Assembly (NCBI GenBank): GCA_019090455.1
Contig: JAHRWA010000054.1
Span: forward strand, 4,506 to 68,505
Reading direction: 5' to 3'
Length of the DNA stretch: 64,000 nt
DNA from: Pseudomonadales bacterium
GTDB taxonomy: Bacteria > Pseudomonadota > Gammaproteobacteria > Pseudomonadales > DC-out160
The notes under the pieces: generated by a model
The model's database searches: none
What the model was told of the DNA's origin: nothing
Seen by the model: the letters and a program-made list of their open reading frames with translations, nothing else
Position numbers and translations under genes: made by a program
Part shown: positions 53,574 through 63,286 of the stretch, piece by piece
Layout: each line of letters starts with the position of its first letter
How positions within the stretch are numbered: position 1 is the stretch's first letter

Positions 53574-54659
53574 TTACCAACCCTGAGCCACTGCCGCTTC
53601 TTCACGAATCAGTTCAGGTGCACCTAATAATTGTCGATCCAAACCAATACGTTTAAACCAGTAGTGCAATCCCAGTAGATCAGTAAAGCCCATACCACCA
53701 TGCACTTCGGTGGAGGTTCTCGCAACAAAACGTCCCACTTCCGATAGGTGTGCTTTAGCGTGACATGCCAAAACTCGACTTTCTTCTGGAATATGATTCA
53801 TAGAGTGAGCCGCATACCAGAGCAGAGAGCGACAAGGCTCTAATTCTGAAGCCATTTCAGCACACATGTGTTTGACCGCCTGAAAGGAGCCAATAACGCG
53901 ATTAAATTGCTTGCGCTCTTTCGCGTAGGCTACGGCTTTTTCAATCATCACATCGGATGCACCCATGCTATCGGCTGCTAGCATTATCCGGCCCGCATCA
54001 ATGGTTTTTAGTAGTGCTTCGTTACTCTTTTCAGATCTGGGTAACAACTCTGCCTCTGCATCTTCGAAAATGATTTCGGCTAGTGCTCGGGTTTTGTCGA
54101 TTGTTTTTAGCTTTTGGCGAGTGACGCCATTGGCATTGGCATCGACGATATGTAGCGCGCCGTTGTCGTCTGCGATTATCAGCATGTCAGCGTCAAGACC
54201 ATCAACGACGAACATTGCTTTTCCTGTGAGCTTGCCAGCAGAGCTGACGATACCGTCAGTTTCTCTTCGGCCAATTTGTTCACTCACGCCGACACCAAAA
54301 ACCGTATCGCCTGATGCGATCTTGGGAAGCCAGGTTTCTTTTTGACGCTCATCGCCCGCGTTTAGAAGCGCGACAGGGGCCATAATGGATGACCCAATAA
54401 AAGGTACGGGTGCGACGGCTCGACCTAATGCTTCAGCGACTAAGGCCGCGTCTAAAAAACCAAGGCCTACGCCGCCCAATTCTTCAGGGATAACGATCCC
54501 TAAAATACCGAGTTCGCTAATGCCTTGCCATACATCACTGGGTTTAGTGACGTTATCCTCAGCGGCTTGGCGTACTTCGTCTAGAGTGCATTTGCTCTCT
54601 AGGTATCCTGTAATACTGTCTTGCAGCATTCGCTGCTCTTCGCTTAATGCAAATTCCAT
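53574..54659 (-). CDS. Acyl-CoA dehydrogenase family protein (short member of pair 3)
   Basis: 361 aa. YAKERKQFNRVIGSFQAVKHMCAEM and EVHGGMGFTDLLGLHYWFKRI. Starts 11 nt after its partner's stop. Confidence 0.85.
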   Translation of the reverse strand: MEFALSEEQRMLQDSITGYLESKCTLDEVRQAAEDNVTKPSDVWQGISELGILGIVIPEELGGVGLGFLDAALVAEALGRAVAPVPFIGSSIMAPVALLNAGDERQKETWLPKIASGDTVFGVGVSEQIGRRETDGIVSSAGKLTGKAMFVVDGLDADMLIIADDNGALHIVDANANGVTRQKLKTIDKTRALAEIIFEDAEAELLPRSEKSNEALLKTIDAGRIMLAADSMGASDVMIEKAVAYAKERKQFNRVIGSFQAVKHMCAEMASELEPCRSLLWYAAHSMNHIPEESRVLACHAKAHLSEVGRFVARTSTEVHGGMGFTDLLGLHYWFKRIGLDRQLLGAPELIREEAAVAQGW

Positions 54660-54670
54660 GAATACGCCCC

Positions 54671-55861
54671 TTAGCTCGCTTTTAATTTTGGTTCTTTAGG
54701 CAAACCGAGAGCCCGTTCACCAATCATATTTTTCTGAATCTGGGCTGTGCCCCCGCCAATTATCAATCCAAGATCAAGCATGTAGTTTCGTTGCCACATA
54801 CCGTAATCTCGAAGATATGGACTCTCGTCATATAACACGCCAAGTTCGCCCATGGCATCGATAGCCAATGCCGCCATTTGATGGTTCAGCTCACAACCAA
54901 CCAGTTTGACGATCCATCGAGGTAGACCCGGTTCTTTGTTGTTGTTGCTGGCAGTCAAGATGCGCATGCCGTTGTATTTCATCGACAGCATTCGAGCTTG
55001 TAGCCGCACAAGTTGATCTCTGTAAAGTGGCATTTCGATTAGCGGTTTGCCATCGATCTTTTCGTTTTTCAAGATGCTGACCAATGCGCGAAACCGAGCT
55101 TCTAACTGATTTGGATCACCTAAGCTACCGCGTTCGTGCTTAAGAGTGGCATTGGCAACAAACCAGCCTTCTCCACGCTTGCCAATAATCTGTTCCTTCG
55201 GAACGCGCACATCAGTGAAAAATGTTTCGTTGAAAATCGCTTCACCCGTCATGGTGACCAAAGGACGTACTTCTATTCCTGGGGTATCCATCGTGAAAAT
55301 GAGATAGCTAATCCCTTTGTGCTTTGGTGCATCAGGCTCAGTCCTCACCAAACAAAAACACATGTCGGCGTATTGAGCGCCTGAGGTCCAGATTTTTTGT
55401 CCGTTAATAACCCATTCATCACCTTCGAGAACGGCTTTAGTGGAAAGAGAGGCTAAGTCGGAGCCGGAACCGGGTTCAGAATAGCCCTGACACCAAGTCA
55501 TCTCTCCTCGAATAGTGGGGCCTACTAAGGCGTGTTTTTGTTCCTCGGTGCCTAATTCAAGAACGACCGGTACTAAACGGGCATCACCGCTGTGTCCTGG
55601 TCTTACCTTAGCGTTGGCGAATTCTTCTGCGATTATGTGGTTCTTAAGAATATCGGGTTCGGCACCATAGCCACCATACTCTTTCGGTATAGTACGAGCT
55701 GCGTAACCATGCTTGATCAAAAGCTGTTGCCACGCTTTGGATTCCTCGTCAGGATTTCCCCATCCGGCTCTGCCTTTCGGTGCTTTGCTTTTGTTCTCCT
55801 TAAGAAACTGTTGTACCTCAGCCCTGAACGCTTCGTATTCTTCGTTATAGGCAAGATCCAT
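54671..55861 (-). CDS. Acyl-CoA dehydrogenase family protein (long member of pair 3)
   Basis: 396 aa. WCQGYSEPGSGSDLASL, INGQKIWTSGAQYADM, and C-terminal IGGGTAQIQKNMIGERALGLPKEP. An AAGGAGG RBS lies upstream. Confidence 0.87.
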   Translation of the reverse strand: MDLAYNEEYEAFRAEVQQFLKENKSKAPKGRAGWGNPDEESKAWQQLLIKHGYAARTIPKEYGGYGAEPDILKNHIIAEEFANAKVRPGHSGDARLVPVVLELGTEEQKHALVGPTIRGEMTWCQGYSEPGSGSDLASLSTKAVLEGDEWVINGQKIWTSGAQYADMCFCLVRTEPDAPKHKGISYLIFTMDTPGIEVRPLVTMTGEAIFNETFFTDVRVPKEQIIGKRGEGWFVANATLKHERGSLGDPNQLEARFRALVSILKNEKIDGKPLIEMPLYRDQLVRLQARMLSMKYNGMRILTASNNNKEPGLPRWIVKLVGCELNHQMAALAIDAMGELGVLYDESPYLRDYGMWQRNYMLDLGLIIGGGTAQIQKNMIGERALGLPKEPKLKAS

Positions 55862-55880
55862 AGGTAACCTCCTTAGTTTT

Positions 55881-55973
55881 TGTGAACGTAGTTATTGTGA
55901 ACGTAGTTATTGTGGTCTTAGTTATTGTTGTCTTGGTTCTTTAGTTCTGTAGGTATTTAGGTATTTAGGTATT
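55881..55973. repeat. Compound tandem repeats in the divergent ACAD/CYP153 intergenic region
   Basis: 15-bp unit TGTGAACGTAGTTAT at 55881 and 55896, with degenerate copies TGTGGTCTTAGTTAT (55911) and TGTTGTCTTGGTTCT (55926). Then the 8-bp unit AGGTATTT x3 at 55951-55973. Confidence 0.85.
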
Positions 55974-56292
55974 GCGAAAATGTCAGTGAAAGATTAAACC
56001 AATTCGCGGGTTCATAGGCAACTGCAAATAGCGGGTTAAGTTCTGCTCCCAAAAACTGATAGGATCAAAAATATTATTGTCGAATAGAAAGTGAGGCATC
56101 AGAATTTGAATAGATGGTTTGTCATGTAAATTGTCAGATGGCATAACGCTTTTTTTGTCGTGTTTAGATGAAGAGAGGATCAAAGTTGAGATCCCCTTGT
56201 TTTGGGTTTAAAGTCCTTGGGCTGCAAATTAGGATGACGGGTCGTTGTTTTCACAATGACTTAATACGGATGTTACAAAAGGGAGCAATATC

Positions 56293-57573
56293 ATGAGTGC
56301 GACAATGGAGAAGAAAAAGCCTCGGTTCAGGATGTTAGGCAAAGATCCTTATAGCATTCCTCTGGATAAGTTCGATGTATCAGAAGAAGAGTTGTATGAA
56401 ACAGATACTATCTTCGGTTTTTTTGAACGTATGCGTAAAGAAGACCCAGTACATTATTGTAAAGAATCAAGATACGGACCCTATTGGTCGGTGACGAAAT
56501 TCAAAGACATTATGGAAGTGGAAAGTTACCCCGAAATATATTCAGCTGAGCCCATGGTCAGCATTCAAGATCTCACAGAGGATTTTGAAATATCAATGTT
56601 CATCGCGATGGATGAGCCGGCCCATGGCCATCAACGCCGAACGGTACAAGGCGCTGTGGCTCCGCGAAACTTAGCAAAGATGGAAGGCCTGATTCGAGAA
56701 AGGGTTGGGATTATTTTAGATGCACTCCCTGTTGGCGAGACGTTGAATTGGGTGGATAAAGTTTCTATTGAGCTAACGGGGCAGATGTTAGCGACTTTGT
56801 TTGATTTCCCCTTCGAAGATAGACGCCTATTAACTTATTGGAGCGATGTGGCCACCACTGGACGTCCAGCACCGGGTCTCATTGTCGAAACTCCCGAAGA
56901 ACGAAATCGAATCATGCTGCAAGATTGTATGGGCACCTTCGTCAAAATGTGGAAGGAGCGTGCAGCGAAACCCCCTCAAATCGATTTAATCTCCATGATG
57001 GCTCACGGAGAAGAAACCAAGGATATGCCTTTCAAGCGCCCGATGGAGTTTATGGGCAATTTAATGTTGCTTATCATCGGTGGCAACGATACGACTCGAA
57101 ACAGCATATCCGCTAGCGTATTACTGCTAAATGAATTTCCTGATCAGTATCAGAAGCTGCGCGAGAATCCAGAGTTAGTGACGAATATGGTACCGGAAGT
57201 GATTCGTCTTCAATCTCCAGTTGTGCATATACGCAGAACCGCGACACAGGATACGGTGTTGGGTGGCAAGCAGATTAAAAAAGGTGACAAAGTTGTTATG
57301 TGGTTTGTTTCCGGCAATCGGGATGAAGAGGTAATTGAGAATCCCAATGATTTTATCATTGATAGAGACAAGTCGCGTCATCACCTTTCTTTTGGTTTTG
57401 GTATTCATCGCTGCATGGGCAATCGATTAGCAGAGATGCAAATTAGAGTGCTTTGGGAAGAGATTCTCAAGCGGTTTGAAAAAATTGAAGTCGTTGGTGA
57501 TGTGGTTAGAGTTAACTCCAATATCATTCGAGGAATCGCTGAACTACCTGTGAGAATTCATCCATTAAAATGA
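56293..57573 (+). CDS. Cytochrome P450, CYP153 family (terminal alkane hydroxylase type)
   Basis: 426 aa. DPVHYCKESRYGPYWSVTKFKDIMEVE, I-helix LLIIGGNDTTRNS, and heme loop HLSFGFGIHRCMGNRLAEMQIRVLWEEIL are near-identical to remembered CYP153A signatures. Confidence 0.9.
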   Translation: MSATMEKKKPRFRMLGKDPYSIPLDKFDVSEEELYETDTIFGFFERMRKEDPVHYCKESRYGPYWSVTKFKDIMEVESYPEIYSAEPMVSIQDLTEDFEISMFIAMDEPAHGHQRRTVQGAVAPRNLAKMEGLIRERVGIILDALPVGETLNWVDKVSIELTGQMLATLFDFPFEDRRLLTYWSDVATTGRPAPGLIVETPEERNRIMLQDCMGTFVKMWKERAAKPPQIDLISMMAHGEETKDMPFKRPMEFMGNLMLLIIGGNDTTRNSISASVLLLNEFPDQYQKLRENPELVTNMVPEVIRLQSPVVHIRRTATQDTVLGGKQIKKGDKVVMWFVSGNRDEEVIENPNDFIIDRDKSRHHLSFGFGIHRCMGNRLAEMQIRVLWEEILKRFEKIEVVGDVVRVNSNIIRGIAELPVRIHPLK

Positions 57574-57639
57574 GTTTTCGATACAGGTGGTAAATATTAT
57601 CTAAGAGCGAGTTAAAAAATTTCATCAAGGAGGCATGAA

Positions 57640-59364
57640 ATGTTAGATTATTTAATAAAGGGTGGCACCATAGTTGATGGTACCGGAGCGGCAAGGCGAG
57701 TCGCTAATGTGGGCATTAAAGATGGACGCATTACTGCTATCGGAAAGATTGATGAGCCGGCGACAGAAACGATTGATGCCACCGGTAAAATAGTCTCACC
57801 CGGTTTCGTTGATGTGCATACCCATTACGATGCGCAAGTTTTTTGGGATCCTTATATTAGTCCTTCCTCTTATCACGGCGTGACTTCCTGCTTTGCTGGA
57901 AACTGCGGGTTTTCCATTGCGCCTTTAAAACCCGATACGGGTGATTATTTGATGAGTATGCTGGCCAATGTTGAAGGCATGCCGTTAGTGTCCCTCAAGA
58001 GTGGTGTGCCGTGGGATTGGACTAGCTTTGACAGCTATCTAAAAAAACTCGAAGGCAAGGTGGCGATTAATATCGGATTTCTAGTAGGGCATTCCGCCTT
58101 ACGCCGGTATGTGATGGGAGAAGATACCGACAAACCTTCCACACCAGCACAACTAGAAGAAATGAAGGCTCTACTTAAAAAATCGATTGCTGAAGGCGGT
58201 ATGGGTTTTTCATCCTCTCAGTCGCCAACCCATAACGATGGGTCGGGTGAACCGGTACCATCACGAGCGGCTACCCCTGAAGAGCTAATTGAATTAGCGG
58301 GTTGCTTACGAGAGTATCCTGGCACTTTGCTGGAATTTATTCCGCCCATCGGAGCAACGGGTGATGCACGGGCAAAATTGATGACGGATATGTCCTTAGC
58401 GGCTCAACGATCCTTAAATTGGAACGTACTCATCGTCACTAAAGGCGGTAAGAAGATGGTCGAAGCCCAATTGCAAGCCAGTGATTACGCGAAAGAAAGA
58501 GGTGCTGATATAAAAGCATTGACCTTCGCGCAACCGGTTTCATTACGGGTCAATGTTATGACGGGTTTTGCCATGGGCTCTTTTCCTGGTTGGGGAGAAA
58601 TTTTAGCGTTACCCGTAGAGGACCGTAAGAAGGCTTTTCTCGATCCGGCTGTTCGGAAAGAATTAGTTACCGGAGCAGCACATAAAGATGTTCCTGCGGC
58701 GCTGCGTCCTGTGGGTAATTTTGAACGCATGCTAGTGGAGCAAACACATAGCCCAGAAACGAAAGCATATGAAGGCCGAATGATTGGTGATTTGGTGAAG
58801 GAGCTGGGGAAGAGCGCTAGCGATATATTCTTCGATATCGCAGTAGCAGACGATCTGCGAACAACGTTCTTACCGTCTTTGGGCGGACACGATGATGAAT
58901 CGTGGGCGCTTCGAGGTGAGGTATTTAAAGATCCAAGAACATTAGTAGGAGCATCCGACGCCGGCGCTCACCTGGACATGATCGATACCTTCGCATTTAG
59001 CACAACGTTGTTGTCTGAAGGCGTTAGGAAACATAATTTACTTAGCCTTGAAGAAGGCATTTACGAAATCACCGAAAAGCCCGCTCGTTATCTCGGTCTT
59101 AAACAACGAGGTCGCTTGCAAGAAGGTTGGTATGCCGATGTTGTCGTCTTTGACGATGTCACTGTTGGGAAAGGCCCGATACATACTCGATACGATTTAC
59201 CTGAAGGAGCAGGGCGGTTGTATTGTGAAGCGCTGGGTATTCAAAACGTCCTTGTTAATGGGAAAGAGATTGTTCGTAACAATGAACTGACTGGGGTCAA
59301 AGCAGGAGTGGTAATGAGGTCAGGTAGGGATACCGAAACTGTACCGTTGCCTGGGGTGTCTTAA
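57640..59364 (+). CDS. Amidohydrolase of the N-acyl-D-amino-acid deacylase (D-aminoacylase-like) family
   Basis: 574 aa. GGTIVDGTG...VSPGFVDVHTHYD at the N-terminus and ASDAGAHLD late in the sequence. RBS AAGGAGG. Lies 66 nt after the P450 gene. Confidence 0.8.
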   Translation: MLDYLIKGGTIVDGTGAARRVANVGIKDGRITAIGKIDEPATETIDATGKIVSPGFVDVHTHYDAQVFWDPYISPSSYHGVTSCFAGNCGFSIAPLKPDTGDYLMSMLANVEGMPLVSLKSGVPWDWTSFDSYLKKLEGKVAINIGFLVGHSALRRYVMGEDTDKPSTPAQLEEMKALLKKSIAEGGMGFSSSQSPTHNDGSGEPVPSRAATPEELIELAGCLREYPGTLLEFIPPIGATGDARAKLMTDMSLAAQRSLNWNVLIVTKGGKKMVEAQLQASDYAKERGADIKALTFAQPVSLRVNVMTGFAMGSFPGWGEILALPVEDRKKAFLDPAVRKELVTGAAHKDVPAALRPVGNFERMLVEQTHSPETKAYEGRMIGDLVKELGKSASDIFFDIAVADDLRTTFLPSLGGHDDESWALRGEVFKDPRTLVGASDAGAHLDMIDTFAFSTTLLSEGVRKHNLLSLEEGIYEITEKPARYLGLKQRGRLQEGWYADVVVFDDVTVGKGPIHTRYDLPEGAGRLYCEALGIQNVLVNGKEIVRNNELTGVKAGVVMRSGRDTETVPLPGVS

Positions 59365-59406
59365 GGGAGATTTTGCTGTGCTTATTTACAGCCTCTTGAG
59401 ACTTCG

Positions 59407-61095
59407 TTATTGAGACTCCAAACACAACACATACATCTCACCCACTATCCATTCACCTTTATGCTTACGCACATTCACCTGCTCGCGGATAAGTATCTGA
59501 AACCCGTGATCGATACACAGACGTTTAAAATACTGCGGTGAATGGGCATAGCGGCCCGTTGACTGCAGTAAATAATCACTCTGATCTGTTAATTCCGTTG
59601 AAAATATAAAATAGGCACCATCAGCTAAGCAATGGGCGAGTAGTTCAAACAGGATTTTGAGTTCACCCATATACACCAGCACGTCTGTAGCAATACAAAT
59701 GTCGAAGGATTTTTTACCGCTGACTGTTTCAATTTTGTTGATGGCATCATTACGTAAAAAATCGATGATATCGAGACAGTGCACTTCCTTATACAGTCCT
59801 GATTGCCTGGCTTTGGCTACCATATTGGGTGCAAGCTCCACGCCAATCGAAACGTCAACTAGGTCCTTAAAGGCTTTGCAAGATAGTCCAGTACCACAGC
59901 CTAAATCCAGCATGCCCTCAAACAGGCCATTAGCCGAAGAATTTGATTTGAATCCGTTTTGACTGAAGATCCCTCGTAATAATTCAGGGACATGATAATC
60001 AAGACTATCAACCAAATGGGTTTCAAAATTTTCAGCATATCCATCAAATAAATCTTTCACATATTCCTTCGGTAAAGAGGCGGATTGATCTCCCTCTAAC
60101 ACCGACAACATATGTTGAGCACTCCCATTGCTGGGTTCCAGTTCAAGCACTTGGTGATAGAATTTTTTTGCTAGATCATTTGACTGACTCTCAAAATAGA
60201 GATTGCCTAAATTTAGAGGTGCATTACGATCTTGAGGATCGACTCTCATAGCTGATTCAAAGCAATCAATCGCCTTGTTGGTTTCACCGATTGTTTTATA
60301 CACCAGTCCCAAATTGTTATACGCAAGTGAATAAGAAGGGTTAATCTTTAGAGCCTCACAGAAACTCGCAATCGCCGATTCAGCATCCCCCCTTTGGCGA
60401 TACACTTCTCCCAATCCATTGATGGCTCTCACATCATTGGGGTGAATTAACAGCGCCTTTTGAAAATACTCCTCCGAGGCGTCGTACAACCCCAGCGCCG
60501 CATTCATATTTCCGATATTAACGTAGGCATTGAGGTAGTTGGGGTTTATCGACAAGGCTTGTTGCGCACTTTTAATCCCTCTACTCATATCGCCAAGAGC
60601 CTGGTATACCAAACCGAGATTGTTGTGGGCCTCGACTAAATTGGGCTCAAGCTTGAGTGATTTTTGAAAACAATATTCCGCTTTGTCATATTGTTTTTGG
60701 TAGTACCGACACAGTCCCTGAATATTGTAGGCTTGTGCATGTTGAGGATTATTCTGCACGGCCTTATCGCTGTACTTTAACGCCAAATCCACATCGTCAC
60801 TTTGAATATAGGCGGCCGCTAGATCGCTGTTGGCATCCGCGTTTCTTGGGTCTCCCTCCACTGCACGCACGAGCATCTCCTTCGCGGTACGCACATCGCC
60901 CGTAATCATCGTCAACAAGCCCATCATATGCAGAAAGCGGGGATGATTGGGTTCGACCTTTAAGCCCCGATTGAAATGCATAGCCGCGACATCGTACTTT
61001 CCCTCTTGCAGGCAAAGGACTCCTTGGTTGAAGGGCTCCTCTAAAAAAGGACTCATTTTTTTACTGGTGTTACGGCCAGGTTTTCTTTTAGCCAT
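59407..61095 (-). CDS. TPR-repeat protein fused to a class I SAM-dependent methyltransferase domain
   Basis: 562 aa. About nine 34-residue TPR units (repeated ...A...Y...AL.LNP.N/Y...NLG pattern), then the SAM motif I MLDLGCGTGL. Confidence 0.8.
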   Translation of the reverse strand: MAKRKPGRNTSKKMSPFLEEPFNQGVLCLQEGKYDVAAMHFNRGLKVEPNHPRFLHMMGLLTMITGDVRTAKEMLVRAVEGDPRNADANSDLAAAYIQSDDVDLALKYSDKAVQNNPQHAQAYNIQGLCRYYQKQYDKAEYCFQKSLKLEPNLVEAHNNLGLVYQALGDMSRGIKSAQQALSINPNYLNAYVNIGNMNAALGLYDASEEYFQKALLIHPNDVRAINGLGEVYRQRGDAESAIASFCEALKINPSYSLAYNNLGLVYKTIGETNKAIDCFESAMRVDPQDRNAPLNLGNLYFESQSNDLAKKFYHQVLELEPSNGSAQHMLSVLEGDQSASLPKEYVKDLFDGYAENFETHLVDSLDYHVPELLRGIFSQNGFKSNSSANGLFEGMLDLGCGTGLSCKAFKDLVDVSIGVELAPNMVAKARQSGLYKEVHCLDIIDFLRNDAINKIETVSGKKSFDICIATDVLVYMGELKILFELLAHCLADGAYFIFSTELTDQSDYLLQSTGRYAHSPQYFKRLCIDHGFQILIREQVNVRKHKGEWIVGEMYVLCLESQ

Positions 61096-61335
61096 GGTGA
61101 GTTCTCCTTTGGGAGATGTCGTTACTTATTTAAATTTAGCGTTTTTTGGTTACTTGTCCACATCGCCTAATTGGTCGCCTGCTTTGAGCGCGTGACTGCA
61201 GTGGCTTTACGCTATGTGCGTGAGAGCTTTCAACACGGCCAGTCTTTTAAAACGTGACATAAAGACAATTTTTCCGTGATATCTTTGAACCCGCTGATCT
61301 CTACACTAAAGCTATAGAATCAACGGAATCAGATC

Positions 61336-62130
61336 ATGTCATCTACGCCAGAAAAACTACTTCACCTAAACTTACCGATAATAAAACTCTTTTTATTGTG
61401 GTTCTGCTCGGTAACAGTATGCATGCCGGTTACCGCTCAGATTATCAGTAGCCCGACAGTGCAGGTGAACATGCTGGAAGTATATACGTCACAAGGTTGC
61501 AGTAGTTGTCCACCGGCTGAACGTTGGATGTCCCAATTTAAGAAAGATTTTCGTTTGTGGAAAAAGCTAGTGCCTATGAATTTTCATGTGGATTATTGGG
61601 ATTACCTGGGTTGGTCAGATCCCTATGCATCGAAGATTTTTACGAATCGTCAACGGTCATTTAAAAGTTTAGGACTTAGTCCTACCGTGGCGACTCCGGG
61701 CTTTATCGTAGCGGGAAAAGGCTGGAACGGATGGTTTCGGGGTCGGCCAGTACCTATAAAAACGCCCGTGGATGTTGGGGTCTTAACTGCAAACGTGTTA
61801 ACTGAAAATGCAGAAGAGATGAAGGCCGAAGTCAGCTTTCATCCCACTCAAAATGTAGATAAAGCTTTGCTATTGCATGTGGCTATACTCGGATTCGACC
61901 AGCTGACTAAGGTTATGGCAGGCGAAAACTCTGGCAAGGAATTACCGCATGATTTTGTCGTGCTAGGTTACAATCGGTCCGCATTGGAAGAAATGAATAA
62001 TAAATTATCGGCGCAAATTAAATTACCTGAAGTTTCCCAATTCAATTCACCGCGTAAGGCTTTAGTGTTCTGGGTGTCACGACATGGCGACCCAACCCCT
62101 ATACAAGTCGCTGCTGATTGGTATTTTTGA
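61336..62130 (+). CDS. DUF1223-family thioredoxin-like secreted protein
   Basis: Signal peptide, then LEVYTSQGCSSCPPAERW and HVDYWDYLGWSDP, which I recall as DUF1223 hallmarks. Confidence 0.7.
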   Translation: MSSTPEKLLHLNLPIIKLFLLWFCSVTVCMPVTAQIISSPTVQVNMLEVYTSQGCSSCPPAERWMSQFKKDFRLWKKLVPMNFHVDYWDYLGWSDPYASKIFTNRQRSFKSLGLSPTVATPGFIVAGKGWNGWFRGRPVPIKTPVDVGVLTANVLTENAEEMKAEVSFHPTQNVDKALLLHVAILGFDQLTKVMAGENSGKELPHDFVVLGYNRSALEEMNNKLSAQIKLPEVSQFNSPRKALVFWVSRHGDPTPIQVAADWYF

Positions 62131-62852
62131 ATGAGAACTATTTTAATACCAAGCTAACGAAATGAGTATCGTGATTAAGTGACTCGATGCTCACTTTACT
62201 AGTTGAAACCAAGGTCTGTTAATGTCGCGATATCTATGACATTAACAGAGACATCACTCTTCGCAACACCGGTCTCCAGAGTATTGGTTACAGCGACTGT
62301 AATTTGCAGAAAGCAGGCCAGCATTGCAAAAGAGCACCAGCGTATATTCTTACGACACAGAAGATGTGACTGATGATACGAATGCGACAATTTATTCACT
62401 ACTCCATTCCTAAATTTATCAGCTGCACCCGCAAGGGGCTTAAAGAAGCGCCAAGTCTGCATTAATGTGACGCAATCACATAGGCTAGCACATCGGACTA
62501 AATCGGGCTGATTATTCTGCTTCAATGGAATCAAATACGCCTTCCATACAACGGTGTATAAAATGGAATATAGCGAGTTGGCCGCACCGTGCAGTGGAAT
62601 TTGAAAGAATCTATGCGTGACGATAACCCGGCGAGAATAGCGTATTTTTAAAGCTGTATGTATCGATAGGTATAAGTGGAAACCAGATCAGAGGGTGGGG
62701 GTCTCGTGACTACAAATCAGTGACGCTGTGTTTGTTTGGGCGTGAGGGTTCCATGTCAGTGCTATTGAGAGAACTGTATTTTCCTTGCTGAGTGTTTACG
62801 AGCTTAATCAGCTCTGTGTAATAAACTAGTCTCGATTCTTCCAATAGGCGGT

Positions 62853-63181
62853 ATGAAAATGATTGATGAGATGGCGCTTCGGGGTTTGAGTGATGCGATA
62901 CAAACGGCCTACCTGTACGCAGTTCGCCGGTTAATGCAGTATCATAACCGGTCCCCAGATCGACTAGGTAGAGGTGAGATTAAGCACTGAATTTTTTCTC
63001 TCTCACAGGAGAGAAAAAATTCAGTGCTTCCCGTGTGAGGCAAATGATTAATGGCGTTTTCTTCTATTACTACAAGGTCCTTAAGTGGCCACATTTCACG
63101 CTCGACCGTAGCTGTGAGAAGGCGAAGATCACCAAAAAAGTGAGCGACACACCCAATTCTCAGTGGCATGGCGGTGACTGA
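62853..63181 (+). pseudogene. Fragments of a tyrosine recombinase (integrase N-terminal SAM-like domain), disrupted
   Basis: 62853-62990 encodes MKMIDEMALRGLSDAIQTAYLYAVRRLMQYHNRSPDRLGRGEIKH*. 63032-63181 encodes ...INGVFFYYYKVLKWPHFTLDRSCEKAKITKKVSDTPNSQ.... Both resemble the integrase N-terminal domain, but they are separated by a hairpin and lack a catalytic domain. Confidence 0.55.
62982..63029. repeat. 21-bp perfect inverted repeat (6-nt loop) inside the decayed integrase
   Basis: AAGCACTGAATTTTTTCTCTC (62982-63002), loop TCACAG, GAGAGAAAAAATTCAGTGCTT (63009-63029). Confidence 0.85.
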
Positions 63182-63286
63182 ATTACAGCTCATTTACCCT
63201 CAATCGTTGAAGCCTTAACGCAGACCCATTATCCATGACCGTCGTCGCCACGACAAAGCCAGGTCCTAGGGCGTCTCACCCGTTGT

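Noticed and set aside
62199-62534. 111-aa minus-strand ORF between the DUF1223 gene and the mobile-element remnants
   Set aside because: It has no RBS, no recognisable motif, and an odd Cys/His/Arg-rich composition. It lies in a stretch that looks like decayed DNA, so I do not call it a gene.
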